Source: Thiomargarita sp. (GTDB taxonomy: Bacteria > Pseudomonadota > Gammaproteobacteria > Beggiatoales > Beggiatoaceae). Taken from it: a DNA stretch of 64,000 nucleotides. This document shows positions 26,093 to 36,368 of this stretch, in pieces. Each line of letters starts with the position of its first letter. The stretch's first letter is position 1. The translations under genes and the position numbers were made by a program. Location of the stretch: positions 15,154 through 79,153 of the forward strand of contig DYRG01000004.1 of NCBI GenBank assembly GCA_020718845.1, read 5' to 3'. The notes beneath the pieces were generated by a model. The model was not told the origin of the DNA. It saw only the letters and a program-made list of their open reading frames with translations, and did not search any database.

Positions 26093-27049
26093 TCAATTTA
26101 AAAGATATTTTTCTAAATACCAAATTAGAGCAATATATAACAAGCCCCAAAGAACTAAAAAAAACATTTGAAATGAATATGGCATCACCGACATTAATAA
26201 CGCAGAAACACTACAACTTCCCATCAAAATATATTCCCAAAAGACCGTTTTCTTATGCCCCCAACCTTTTAATTGTGCTAAACGTTGATAATAATGTGTT
26301 CGATGCGCTTGCCATATTTTTTCTTTTTTAATCAAACGCTTAAATAAAACCACCGTCGAATCAACAATAAAGGGCGAAAAAGCCAACAAACCTAACCAGA
26401 AAGGAAATAATTGTAATTTTCCTCCCAATAAAATCAAAGTTGCGGCTAAGAAACCTAAGACAGTTGCTCCCGTATCACCCATAAAGATTTTTGCGGGTGG
26501 AAAATTAAATACTAGAAACCCCGCACAACTCGCCGCAATTAACGCATTTAAACCCATCAATAACGGTTGATCGATGCTCAAAATAGCTAATGTTCCAAAA
26601 CCAAATATTGCCATTCCTCCCGCAAATCCGTCCATTCCATCCATGAAATTGTATAAATTAACCATCCAAACCACAAAAAAGATTTGAATTAGAACAGGAA
26701 TGAAATCAAGTTGAATATTTCCAATTGAAATCACAAAAAACGCCGCCAGAAACTGCACAATTAAACGCCAAATGGGAGCAATTTCTAATGCGTCATCTAA
26801 TAATGCAATCCCCGCAATTAAACCCGCTCCACTCGCAATCCACACCCAACCTTGCACTGTTCCATATAAAATAATCATTAACCAATTTGTAATCACTAAT
26901 GCAATCAAAATGGCTAATCCGCCAGTTTGTGGCGTGGCTTGAAAATGCAAAGAACGGTCATTTGGCATTGCTAACAACCAAGCGCGTTTGCTTAAAAAAA
27001 ACGTTAAACTTGCTGCAATCCCAAACGCTAAAAAAGTAAGAAAAATCAT
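26093..27049 (-). CDS. Glycosyltransferase family 4 (MraY/WecA-like polyprenyl-phosphate sugar-1-P transferase)
   Basis: A polytopic membrane protein with LDDALE, NLYNFMDGMDG and FMGDTGATVLGF motifs, which are characteristic of the MraY/WecA superfamily. Confidence 0.85.
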   Translation of the reverse strand: MIFLTFLAFGIAASLTFFLSKRAWLLAMPNDRSLHFQATPQTGGLAILIALVITNWLMIILYGTVQGWVWIASGAGLIAGIALLDDALEIAPIWRLIVQFLAAFFVISIGNIQLDFIPVLIQIFFVVWMVNLYNFMDGMDGFAGGMAIFGFGTLAILSIDQPLLMGLNALIAASCAGFLVFNFPPAKIFMGDTGATVLGFLAATLILLGGKLQLFPFWLGLLAFSPFIVDSTVVLFKRLIKKEKIWQAHRTHYYQRLAQLKGWGHKKTVFWEYILMGSCSVSALLMSVMPYSFQMFFLVLWGLLYIALIWYLEKYLLN

Positions 27050-27888
27050 GTATTTATTCCTAAAGCTAATTTATCAGGTTTAAAACCGCGCGCTTCAAAT
27101 CCAAAATCATCCATTGCCATTTGAGAAGAAAAACACAAATCTTGATTCATGCGTTCTAACATTTCAGCATTCAAATATTGAAATTGAGGAAATATTTTAA
27201 CCAAATTTAAACCCATTTTTAAAATATTTATCGGCAAAGGCATAAAATGTGGAGTCTTATGAAGTTGCTCAAAAATAATCGTGAGCATTTGTTTATAAGT
27301 TAGGGTTTCTCCACCCGTCAAAAAATATCTTTTATTATGAGCATTTGAATTGTTTAATGTTTTAATGCAGGCGGCTGCCAAATCTTCTGCATGAACGGGT
27401 TGCCGCAAACCCTTTGCTTCTCCCAATAAAGGAAAGAAGTTCCAACGTTGAATAAAATGGCTTAACGTGAGCACGTTCTTATCCATTCCAGCACCATAAA
27501 TTAAGGTCGGATAAAATAGCGTCCATTTGATGTTTTGTTTCTCACAAAATTCAATAAAAACTTCTTCGGATTTGATTAAACTTTGTGCAATCTTTCTTTC
27601 GTGAGGATTTGGAGAGTTTTCTTTGGTAAAACGACTGGTCGAACTAAAGGAAATAATGCACGGCGCAGAAATCTTTGGAAATAACGGCAAGCCCGCTAAA
27701 TGGATGAAATAATCTATATTGGAAGGAAGATTAATTGGAGAATGTAAATCTCCTTGAATCCACTGCAGAGAATCCGAGGAAGAATGAAAGGAACGACTAA
27801 CCGCAAAGGTTTCAAATTCTTTGAGCAACGGTAAAAGAAAATATCCTATTTGTCCCGTTGCTCCCGTGATTAAAAGACGTGGTTTCAT
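27046..27888 (-). CDS. NAD-dependent epimerase/dehydratase-family (extended SDR) protein
   Basis: An N-terminal Rossmann motif is present (LLITGATGQIGYFL). The gene overlaps both neighbours by 4 nt. Confidence 0.7.
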   Translation of the reverse strand: MKPRLLITGATGQIGYFLLPLLKEFETFAVSRSFHSSSDSLQWIQGDLHSPINLPSNIDYFIHLAGLPLFPKISAPCIISFSSTSRFTKENSPNPHERKIAQSLIKSEEVFIEFCEKQNIKWTLFYPTLIYGAGMDKNVLTLSHFIQRWNFFPLLGEAKGLRQPVHAEDLAAACIKTLNNSNAHNKRYFLTGGETLTYKQMLTIIFEQLHKTPHFMPLPINILKMGLNLVKIFPQFQYLNAEMLERMNQDLCFSSQMAMDDFGFEARGFKPDKLALGINT

Positions 27889-28178
27889 TTCTTTTGGTAA
27901 ATGATTTCAATAATATCGATCATTTTTCCCCATTGCTTGAAACCCAGTTTGCCGCTTTTTAATTGAGCAGTTCCTCTCACTTTTAAGCCATTTTGTTTTA
28001 AAAGATCGGGAAGATTTGACGGTAAATATTTTTGACCGTTTTGATCAACAATCCCATAAAATCCACCTTCAATTTCTACGAAAACAACTTCGCCTTGAAA
28101 AGTGAGCAGTTTATCATCTGCATACACAGAGGAAAAAGTGAGCATTGAGATGAGAAGAAACTTAAACATTTTAGGCAA
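27885..28178 (-). CDS. Small secreted hypothetical protein
   Basis: A signal peptide is present (MFKFLLISMLTFSSVYA). The gene overlaps the clpA stop and the SDR gene start, so it is probably co-transcribed. I recognise no family. Confidence 0.5.
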   Translation of the reverse strand: MPKMFKFLLISMLTFSSVYADDKLLTFQGEVVFVEIEGGFYGIVDQNGQKYLPSNLPDLLKQNGLKVRGTAQLKSGKLGFKQWGKMIDIIEIIYQKK

Positions 28179-30456
28179 TATCCGCTGCTAATTCTGGACG
28201 TTCACTGGCGATATATTGCAAAACTAATTCACCATTGCTTTCATCAACAATAATGTGACCGCCTTTTTCTAATTTTCCAAAGAGCAACTCTTCGGCGGCG
28301 GGTTTCTTAATTTTTTCTTGAATCAAACGTGCCATTGGACGCGCACCCATTAAAGGATCGTAACCATTTTCTGCGAGCCAATGTTTAGCTTTTTCAGAGA
28401 CTTCCAGCGTAACATTTTTCGCTTCTAATTGCGCTTCTAATTCAATAATAAACTTATCAACTACATTCACGATTGTTTCAAAATTAAGAGGAAGAAACTC
28501 CACAGTTGCATCTAAACGATTTCGAAATTCGGGGCTAAAAGTTTTCTTAATAACACTCATTGCATCAGTGCGATGATTTTGGATTTGAAAACCCATTGAA
28601 GCACGGCTGGATTCTTGAGCACCTGCATTAGTGGTCATTACTAAAATAACATTTCTAAAATCGGTTTGTCGACCATTAGTATCGGTTAAAGCACCGTGAT
28701 CCATCACCTGTAATAACAAATTGAAAACATCTGGATGAGCTTTTTCTATTTCATCTAACAAAAGAACCGAGTGAGGATGTTTGTTAATGGCATCAGTGAG
28801 CAAACCACCTTGATCATAACCCACATATCCAGGAGGAGCACCAATCAAACGAGAAACCGTGTGACGTTCCATATATTCAGACATATCAAAACGCACTAAT
28901 TCAATGCCCATAATCTTAGAAAGTTGGCGAGTAATTTCGGTTTTACCAACGCCAGTCGGACCAGCAAGTAGAAATGATCCAATCGGTTTCTGAGGATTCG
29001 CTAAACCCGAGCGCGCCATTTTAATTGCGGCAGATAAAGTTGAAATAGCTTGTTGTTGACCAAACACTACCATTTTCAAATCGCGTTCTAAGTTTTTCAA
29101 TAAATCTTTATCAGAAGTAGAAACGTTTTTTGGAGGAATCCGTGCAATCTTTGCAACGATTTCTTCAATATCCGTTACATTAATGGTTTTCTTACGTTTT
29201 GAAATGGGTTGCAAACGCTGTCTTGCTCCCGCTTCGTCGATAATATCAATTGCTTTATCTGGCAAATGTCGATCAGTAATGTATTTATCGGATAATTCTA
29301 CAGCGGCTCTTAAAGATTGTTTGGCGTATTTGATTTGATGATGTTCTTCAAAACGGGATTTCAAACCATTTAAAATTTGCACTGTTTCATCAACCGAAGG
29401 CGCAAGAATGTCGATCTTTTGAAAACGTCGTGCAAGTGCATGATCTTTTTCAAAAATTCCACGATATTCTTGATAAGTGGTCGATCCAATACATCTCAAA
29501 TCGCCAGCGGCTAAAGCGGGTTTAATTAAATTTGACGCATCCATTGCTCCACCTGAAGCCGAACCTGCTCCAATGATTGTATGGATTTCATCGATGAATA
29601 AAATTGAACCTTCTTGTTTGCGGAGTTGATTGACGACGGCTTTTAAACGTTTCTCAAAATCGCCGCGATATTTTGTTCCCGCAAGTAATGCCCCTAAATC
29701 TAACGCATACACAACACTATTTTCAATAATTTCAGGGACTTTTTTTTCAACAATTAAGCGTGCCAAACCTTCTGCGATTGCAGTTTTTCCAACACCCGCT
29801 TCACCGACAAATAAAGGATTATTTTTACGTCGACGACATAAGATTTGCAATGTTCTTTCGATTTCTAATTGACGACCAATTAGAGGATCAATTTTGCCTT
29901 GTTTTGCTAATTCATTTAAGTTGATGGTGAAAACATCTAAAGGATTTTTTTGAGGAGCGTTCTCTGGTTGTTCTTCATCGGCGGCGGCGTTTTGATTAGC
30001 TTCTTGTTGTTGACGTTCTTGATCGACTTTTGAAATCCCGTGAGAAATAAAATTAATCACATCCAAACGCATAACTTGTTGTTTTTCAAGATAATATACT
30101 GCTTGAGATTCACGTTCACCAAAAATAGAAACTAACACATTTGCACCCGAAACTTCTTTTTTGCCAGAGGATTGAACGTGAAGCACAGCGCGTTGTAAAA
30201 CCCTTTGAAATCCGATAGTTGGCTGGGTATCTCGATCATCACGTCGACCCAAACGCGGGGTGGTTTCATCTAAAAAAAGGGTTAATTTTTCGCGCAACGC
30301 AGAAATGTCTGTGCCACAGGCTTTGAGAACGTGCGCAGCGGCGGTATTATCGAGCAATGCCAATAATAAATGTTCTACTGTCATGAATTCATGGCGTTTT
30401 TCTCGTGCGGCTTGAAAAGCGGTATTAAGTGTGGTTTCTAATTCTTTACTAAGCAT
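28171..30456 (-). CDS. clpA: ATP-dependent Clp protease ATP-binding subunit ClpA
   Basis: The N-terminus has a Clp repeat. There are two AAA+ modules (GEAGVGKTAI, GPTGVGKTE) and the sensor/LDEIEKAHPDVFN block. A GGAGGA RBS precedes ATG 30456. Confidence 0.95.
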   Translation of the reverse strand: MLSKELETTLNTAFQAAREKRHEFMTVEHLLLALLDNTAAAHVLKACGTDISALREKLTLFLDETTPRLGRRDDRDTQPTIGFQRVLQRAVLHVQSSGKKEVSGANVLVSIFGERESQAVYYLEKQQVMRLDVINFISHGISKVDQERQQQEANQNAAADEEQPENAPQKNPLDVFTINLNELAKQGKIDPLIGRQLEIERTLQILCRRRKNNPLFVGEAGVGKTAIAEGLARLIVEKKVPEIIENSVVYALDLGALLAGTKYRGDFEKRLKAVVNQLRKQEGSILFIDEIHTIIGAGSASGGAMDASNLIKPALAAGDLRCIGSTTYQEYRGIFEKDHALARRFQKIDILAPSVDETVQILNGLKSRFEEHHQIKYAKQSLRAAVELSDKYITDRHLPDKAIDIIDEAGARQRLQPISKRKKTINVTDIEEIVAKIARIPPKNVSTSDKDLLKNLERDLKMVVFGQQQAISTLSAAIKMARSGLANPQKPIGSFLLAGPTGVGKTEITRQLSKIMGIELVRFDMSEYMERHTVSRLIGAPPGYVGYDQGGLLTDAINKHPHSVLLLDEIEKAHPDVFNLLLQVMDHGALTDTNGRQTDFRNVILVMTTNAGAQESSRASMGFQIQNHRTDAMSVIKKTFSPEFRNRLDATVEFLPLNFETIVNVVDKFIIELEAQLEAKNVTLEVSEKAKHWLAENGYDPLMGARPMARLIQEKIKKPAAEELLFGKLEKGGHIIVDESNGELVLQYIASERPELAADIA

Positions 30457-30473
30457 ACTTCCTCCGTTTTGAT

Positions 30474-30794
30474 TTAAGCCGCTTCCATCACACACGCAAG
30501 CGGATGTTCATTTTCTCTGGCATAATCAATGACTTGAATGACTTTTGTTTCAGCGATGTCGCGGGTAAAAACACCGCCAATTCCGCGTCCTTCGGTATGA
30601 ATTTGTAACATGATGCGTGTGGCTTTGCGGCGATTCAAGTTAAAAAACATTTCTAACACCTCAACCACAAAATCCATTGGGGTGTAATCGTCGTTAAGCA
30701 ATACCACTTTGTACAATTGAGGGGGTTTTAAACGCGGTTTAGCTTCTAAAACATCGCTTTCCTCATCCCATTGTGGGGTCTTTTGAATGCTCAA
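30474..30794 (-). CDS. clpS: ClpA adaptor protein ClpS
   Basis: [28 protein letters not shown]...A..IML.IH..G.G..GVFT.DIAETK is a canonical ClpS sequence. Confidence 0.95.
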   Translation of the reverse strand: MSIQKTPQWDEESDVLEAKPRLKPPQLYKVVLLNDDYTPMDFVVEVLEMFFNLNRRKATRIMLQIHTEGRGIGGVFTRDIAETKVIQVIDYARENEHPLACVMEAA

Positions 30795-31104
30795 AGGGCT
30801 CTCTCCGTTTTGCCGTTCTCACAAAATACTTTATTGTTGGTACTCGACCTCTCTTTGTCAAGTGCCAATCTTTTTTAGTTATTTCTCATAAAATCAAAAA
30901 ATTATTTCAATTTGTGATAAAAAAGCCACGTTTTTGTTTAAAAAACCACAGTTGCGTGAAATAACTAAAATTCATTTCTTTATCGGTTTTTTCATACCGT
31001 TTGTCGTTAATATTAGAAAATCATTAAATAATAAATCTATAATGTACCCAACAGCAAAACACTGTTAATTTTAATTGACGATATTTTTTCTAAAGGAGTA
31101 GTTT

Positions 31105-32001
31105 ATGAAACCTAAAATGTTAACTTCTGCTGTAATGGTTGCTTTAATGTTAGGCGCATACGAATTGCCGCTTGCTGCACAAGGAAACGGCGCACAAAAC
31201 GGGCAATTACAAATCGTTGGCGGTACATTAACCGAACAAGATAAAACAGATTTGCAATACCTACAAGAAGAAGAAAAACTCGCCCGTGATGTGTATTTAA
31301 CATTATTAGCAAAATGGAATCTCGTGGTATTTCAAAATATTTCAGAATCTGAGCAACGACATACCGATACAGCATTAGAACTCTTAACTGCCTATCAAAT
31401 ACCCACACTTGCTCAGACAGAAGTAGGAAAATTTCATAATCCAACATTACAAACTTTGTATAATGATTTGATTAGTCGCGGTGCTCAAAATACGAGCGAA
31501 GCATTGTTAGTCGGTGCATTAGTTGAAGAAGTGGATATTGCAGATTTACAAAAAATGCTCAGTGTTACAAAAAATATAGATTTAATCAACAGTTACACAA
31601 AATTAATGCTGGCTTCTTATCGGCACTTGAACTCATTTGTTTCTTTGTGGAAAAACCAAACTGGATCAACTTCTTACAAAGCACAGGTTCTTTCGCAAAC
31701 AGAAGTGGATAAAATCATAAGTTGCTCTCCATTGACGGTAAATTCCAACTTACAGGTTCATATCCCCAATTTGAAATATAAAAATCTGAATTTGTGGGCA
31801 ACTTTAGATTACACTCCTAACCAAACTAACCAATACGTTTTTCAAGTGACAGATTATGGTTTGAATCTGGGTGCAACAAACTGCACTTCTGCAACCTTAG
31901 CACCGCTTGATTTAAGTTTGAAAACCCCACAAGCGACTTTTAAACATCAACCTTCTAATGATGGAAAACTATATTTTTCCTTAGATAAATACACGCCTTA
32001 A
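31105..32001 (+). CDS. Secreted ferritin-like (DUF2202-type) protein with extra C-terminal domain
   Basis: A signal peptide is followed by LTEQDKTDLQYLQEEEKLARDVYLTL....FQNISESEQRHTD, which fits the DUF2202 ferritin-like pattern. An AAAGGAG RBS is present and a terminator follows. Confidence 0.6.
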   Translation: MKPKMLTSAVMVALMLGAYELPLAAQGNGAQNGQLQIVGGTLTEQDKTDLQYLQEEEKLARDVYLTLLAKWNLVVFQNISESEQRHTDTALELLTAYQIPTLAQTEVGKFHNPTLQTLYNDLISRGAQNTSEALLVGALVEEVDIADLQKMLSVTKNIDLINSYTKLMLASYRHLNSFVSLWKNQTGSTSYKAQVLSQTEVDKIISCSPLTVNSNLQVHIPNLKYKNLNLWATLDYTPNQTNQYVFQVTDYGLNLGATNCTSATLAPLDLSLKTPQATFKHQPSNDGKLYFSLDKYTP

Positions 32002-32015
32002 TTTATTTGTAATTA

Positions 32016-32041
32016 AAAGCCCTGAACAAGGGCTTTTTTTA
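32016..32041 (+). terminator. Rho-independent terminator
   Basis: AGCCCT (32018-32023) pairs with AGGGCT (32029-32034) around a GAACA loop. A T8 run follows. Confidence 0.8.
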
Positions 32042-32157
32042 TGTCTGTAACGTTATTTTGAAAGAGGTTTGAGGCGAGAAACATCAACGGAGAAATCTAG
32101 GGTTTTATAGTATAATACCTAAAAACAAATGAACAATAGAGAAAGAGGAAAGAAAAG

Positions 32158-32394
32158 ATGAGTTACGGATTAGAATTAAGAGAAAGGGTAATAGAGTTTG
32201 TATTGGAAGGAAAAACAATGCAAGAAGCGCATAAGACATTTAAAGTCCATTACAATACGATTTCAAAATGGTTGAATAGATATTGGGAAGAAGGACACCT
32301 CAATCCAAAAGAAGCCTATCGGCAAGCACCTGCGGGGGGGAGGGCTGTATCAAAGAGAGAAAAGAGTATGAATATCATGGAGTTAATCTGTTAA
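32158..32394 (+). pseudogene. IS630-family transposase N-terminal (HTH) remnant
   Basis: MSYGLELRERVIEFVLEGKTMQEAHKTFKVHYNTISKWLNRYWEEGHL.PK matches the N-terminal HTH region of IS630/Tc1-type transposases. No DDE catalytic part follows, because only ~180 bp remain before dnaG. Confidence 0.6.
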
Positions 32395-32427
32395 ATTAGC
32401 TAAGTAAGTGAAAGAACAGTAAAAAAG

Positions 32428-32526
32428 TTGGGTAGTGATCAAATTGGGATGCTGATTAAATCTATAATTTACTGAAAATAAACACAAAATATTCAAAATC
32501 ATCTCTTGCTTTTGATCACTACCCAA
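32428..32526. repeat. Perfect 16-bp inverted repeat pair flanking a 67-bp AT-rich spacer
   Basis: TTGGGTAGTGATCAAA (32428-32443) is the exact reverse complement of TTTGATCACTACCCAA (32511-32526). The pair lies directly after the transposase remnant. Confidence 0.75.
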
Positions 32527-32576
32527 TCCATCTTTATCTGTGACTAAAAACATAAGTTACGATTAATAAAACTATA

Positions 32577-34301
32577 CTATATCATTCTTTGTTTAAAATT
32601 AATTAAGTCAGTGAGCAATTTATTTTCATCATCATTCAATCCTACATAATATTTTTTCCGCAGTAATATTTGAATTTGTTGTTCGGTTAATTCTGTTTCT
32701 AACTTATTCAAACTATCTCTAAATTCTAATAATATTCCTTCTTCATTTAGAGGATGTTCCCACAATAATAATTTTTCTACTAATTCAAATTCTTTTTTTC
32801 CTCGCCATTGTTCTAAAATCATTCCGCCACTTGCTTGGGGATTTTTAATTAAAAATTCTACCAGATTATTTAGTAAAGAAATACCATTTATTTTTAAATC
32901 TTTTAAAAAAGAGCGTTCATGAATTTCAGAGATTAAAAAAGAATTTTGAATTAAAAACGCTAATATTTTGCGTAATAAAGGCAGAATATTAGTTGAGGAA
33001 CTTTCTATTTGTGGGGCGGGTAATGTTGCATCAGGTGCTTTCTTTTCATATTTAGGGTTTTGATTTTGAACAACGCCCGTTAATTCTCGCAACTGCGCAC
33101 TTAATAATTCACGATATGCACCATGAGGAATTTTTCCGAGTAATGGACGGGCGCTTTCCGCGAGTTTTGCGCGACCTTCCAATGTACTCAGATTTAAATT
33201 TTGAGTTAATTGTGAGAACAAAAAAGTCGATAAAGGTTGTGCTTGTTGTAATCGTTCTTGAAATCCAGTGGCGGTTTCTCGTTTCACTAAAGAATCGGGA
33301 TCATCGCCGTCGGGTAGAAACATAAAACTGATTTGATGACCGTCGCGTAAATGAGAAAGTCCAGTTTCTAATGCTCGCCATGCTGCTTTGTAACCCGCCG
33401 CATCACCATCAAAACAACACACCACTTCGCCAACTTCACGAAATAATTGCGAGAAATGCGCATCGCTTGCAGTTGTTCCCAACGTTGCTACCGCATTTGT
33501 AATGCCGTATTGTAATAATACGACAACATCCATGTAACCTTCAACTAAAATGATTTGTTTAGGTTTTGTTGCTTTCACCCAATGCAAACCGTACAACACA
33601 TTGCTTTTATGAAAAATAGTCGTTTCTGGTGAGTTTAAATATTTAGGTTTGCTATCATCTAAAACCCGTCCACCAAACGCGACGACTCTACCTCGAGCAT
33701 CATGAATGGGAAACATAATTCTTTGACGAAAACGATCATAAAAATGTCCGTCTTCTTTCTCTACAATCATTCCCGATGCTAACAATTGTGAATGCTTTTC
33801 TTTTGGAAAGCGTTGTAATAAATTATCCCAACCCGCTGGAGCAAATCCTAACCCACATTTAAAAATAGTTTCTTGGGTTAAACCTCGATGTTTCAAATAC
33901 TCTAAAGAAATCGCCGACAAATGCCGTTGATAATATTCAGTTATTTCATTTAAGATTTCATAAAGGGTTTTGGTGCTTTGTTGATTGCTATGATCAGAAA
34001 CGTCATCTTCATAAGGAATACTCAAACCTTGTTGTTGCGCAAGCATTTCAATAGCTTCAACAAACTCTAAGTGACTGTATTCCATCAAAAAACTAATCAC
34101 ATTTCCTGATGCACCACATCCAAAACAATGGTAGAATTGCTTATCTGAACTAACACTAAAAGATGGTGTTTTTTCATTATGAAATGGACAACAAGCAGTA
34201 AAATTTTTTCCGGCTTTTTTCAAACCAATATGTCGATCAATCACAGAAACAATATCTGATCGAGCAATAATTTCATCAATAAAAGCACGAGGAATTCGCA
34301 T
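32577..34301 (-). CDS. dnaG: DNA primase DnaG
   Basis: A zinc ribbon is present (CPFHNEKTPSFSVS...YHCFGCGASGN). TOPRIM blocks are present (LVEGYMDVV, FDGDAAG), along with a C-terminal DnaB-interaction region. Confidence 0.95.
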   Translation of the reverse strand: MRIPRAFIDEIIARSDIVSVIDRHIGLKKAGKNFTACCPFHNEKTPSFSVSSDKQFYHCFGCGASGNVISFLMEYSHLEFVEAIEMLAQQQGLSIPYEDDVSDHSNQQSTKTLYEILNEITEYYQRHLSAISLEYLKHRGLTQETIFKCGLGFAPAGWDNLLQRFPKEKHSQLLASGMIVEKEDGHFYDRFRQRIMFPIHDARGRVVAFGGRVLDDSKPKYLNSPETTIFHKSNVLYGLHWVKATKPKQIILVEGYMDVVVLLQYGITNAVATLGTTASDAHFSQLFREVGEVVCCFDGDAAGYKAAWRALETGLSHLRDGHQISFMFLPDGDDPDSLVKRETATGFQERLQQAQPLSTFLFSQLTQNLNLSTLEGRAKLAESARPLLGKIPHGAYRELLSAQLRELTGVVQNQNPKYEKKAPDATLPAPQIESSSTNILPLLRKILAFLIQNSFLISEIHERSFLKDLKINGISLLNNLVEFLIKNPQASGGMILEQWRGKKEFELVEKLLLWEHPLNEEGILLEFRDSLNKLETELTEQQIQILLRKKYYVGLNDDENKLLTDLINFKQRMI

Positions 34302-34302
34302 T

Positions 34303-35757
34303 TTAATTCACCAGTTGCTTTAAGTGGAGAAATAAATCACTTGCCAATAAACCGCGTTCACCATTTTGAGCTGCTAAATCCGCCGCATTTGCGTGTAAAC
34401 AAACCCCTTGTTCTGCCGCAGAAATCAAATCAAATCCTTGTACAACTAATCCCGCAATGATTCCCGTTAAAACGTCACCCGTTCCTCCACTTGCTAAACC
34501 CGCATTTCCAGAGTCACAAAGGCTTAATCCTTTTTCAGAACAAATCACCGTTCCAGCACCTTTTAAAACACAAGTTGCTTGATATTTCTCAAAAAGTTGT
34601 TTAGCACTTTCAAATCGGTTGTTTTGGACTTCTTGAGTGGATTTGTTTAATAAACGTGCGGCTTCGGTGGGGTGTGGAGTTATAATCGTATTTTTTAACA
34701 CTTGAGGATTTTTGGCTAATAAGTTCAACGCATCTGCGTCTAAAATCAATGGTTTATGTGATTTTAAAACAGTGGAAAGCATCATTTGTCCCCATTCACG
34801 TTGACCTAAACCTGTCCCAATCGCAATTACATCGCAACGGTCGATTAAAATCTGTAAATTTTCAATATTTTCAACAGGATGCACCATTAATTCGGGACGT
34901 TGCAAATTTAAAAAACTTGAATGAATTAATCGGGTTGCAATGCTAACTTTTCCTGCACCAACTCGAGTCGCTGCTTCACCCGCCAAACGTGCCGCGCCGC
35001 TCATCCCAATTTCTCCGCCGACAATTAAAACGTGTCCAAATGTTCCTTTGTGAGAGGATTTCTGGCGAGGTAAGAATTTATTTAACTCCAAACGTTTTGC
35101 AAAGGGAGAAACCTGTTGATAAATTTGAGGAGGAACTTGTAAATCATTAAAAATAATTTTACCCGTATAATCAACGGCTTGATTAGTAAAAAGACCCGCT
35201 TTTAAACCAATAAAAGTAACCGTTAAATTTGCTTTTATTGCAATACCTTGAACTGTTCCCGTGTTTGCATTTAAACCCGAAGGAATATCGACCGCTAAAA
35301 CTGGTTTTTGAGAAAGATTAATTTGCTCAATCGCAGTTGCCCACATACCTTCGACGTTTCTATCTAAACCCGTCCCAAAAATCGCATCGACAATTAAATC
35401 AATAGTTGGAGAAAGTGTTTCAAATTGCTCAATTTTTCCTCCAATGTCTTCCCAATGTTGAAATGCCAATAAAGCATCGCCTTTTAATTTGGAAAGATCG
35501 CCAATTTGAAATACTTGAACATTTAATCCAGAAATTGCGCATAATCGAGCAATTACATAACCATCGCCCGCATTATTTCCAATCCCACAAATTACTGCAA
35601 TGTTTTGAGCATTGGGGAAATGTTCTTTTAAACTTTGAAATGTAGCCCAACCCGCTCGTTCCATTAAACACAAACCTTTAATTTGATACTCTTCAATGGC
35701 GATGCGATCTAATTCACGAGATTGAGCAGCGGTGTAAAGTTGTTCTGGAAGTTTCAT
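34303..35757 (-). CDS. nnr: Bifunctional NAD(P)H-hydrate repair enzyme Nnr (epimerase + ADP-dependent dehydratase)
   Basis: The N-terminal YjeF_N block is present ([11 protein letters not shown]). The C-terminal carbohydrate-kinase-like blocks are present ([24 protein letters not shown]). Confidence 0.9.
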   Translation of the reverse strand: MKLPEQLYTAAQSRELDRIAIEEYQIKGLCLMERAGWATFQSLKEHFPNAQNIAVICGIGNNAGDGYVIARLCAISGLNVQVFQIGDLSKLKGDALLAFQHWEDIGGKIEQFETLSPTIDLIVDAIFGTGLDRNVEGMWATAIEQINLSQKPVLAVDIPSGLNANTGTVQGIAIKANLTVTFIGLKAGLFTNQAVDYTGKIIFNDLQVPPQIYQQVSPFAKRLELNKFLPRQKSSHKGTFGHVLIVGGEIGMSGAARLAGEAATRVGAGKVSIATRLIHSSFLNLQRPELMVHPVENIENLQILIDRCDVIAIGTGLGQREWGQMMLSTVLKSHKPLILDADALNLLAKNPQVLKNTIITPHPTEAARLLNKSTQEVQNNRFESAKQLFEKYQATCVLKGAGTVICSEKGLSLCDSGNAGLASGGTGDVLTGIIAGLVVQGFDLISAAEQGVCLHANAADLAAQNGERGLLASDLFLHLKQLVN

Positions 35758-36299
35758 TGTAATAATAACCGACGATAATATTGTAATTCTGCAATAGAAT
35801 CATGAATATCCTGTAATGCCAAATGCTGAGATTCTTTCTTAAATCCATCGGCAATCGTGGGTTTCCAACGTTTAGCAAGTTCTTTTAAAGTGCTCACATC
35901 AATATGTCGATAAAAGAAATAGGCTTCTAATTGCGGCATCAAACGCCAGAGAAACCGTCGATCTTGACAAATGCTATTACCACACATTGGAGAAACATTT
36001 TTAGGAACATAGGTTTGTAGAAACTCTAAAGTTAAACGTTCTGCTTCTTGAGTTGAAATGCGACTTTCTTTGACTCTTTGAATTAAACCAGATTGCCCAT
36101 GATGAGTTTGATTCCATTCATCCATTTGATTAAGCATTTCATCAGGTTGAAATATTGCAAGCACTGGCCCTTCGGCAATTACGTTCAAATCACTATCTGT
36201 TACAACGGTGGCGATTTCTAAAATAACATCAGTATCGGGATTTAATCCGGTCATTTCCAAATCAATCCAAATTAAATTATTCTCATTCATTTGATCCAA
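35754..36299 (-). CDS. orn: Oligoribonuclease
   Basis: [23 protein letters not shown], ...CGNSI.QDRRFL and HLALQDI.ESI.EL.YYR are DEDDh exonuclease motifs of Orn. Confidence 0.95.
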   Translation of the reverse strand: MDQMNENNLIWIDLEMTGLNPDTDVILEIATVVTDSDLNVIAEGPVLAIFQPDEMLNQMDEWNQTHHGQSGLIQRVKESRISTQEAERLTLEFLQTYVPKNVSPMCGNSICQDRRFLWRLMPQLEAYFFYRHIDVSTLKELAKRWKPTIADGFKKESQHLALQDIHDSIAELQYYRRLLLQ

Positions 36300-36368
36300 G
36301 CCTCTTGAAGAATGTTAATTTTGTTATTATGTATAAAGCGAAAATTGTTCCCTTTTGGAGTTTAAAAA

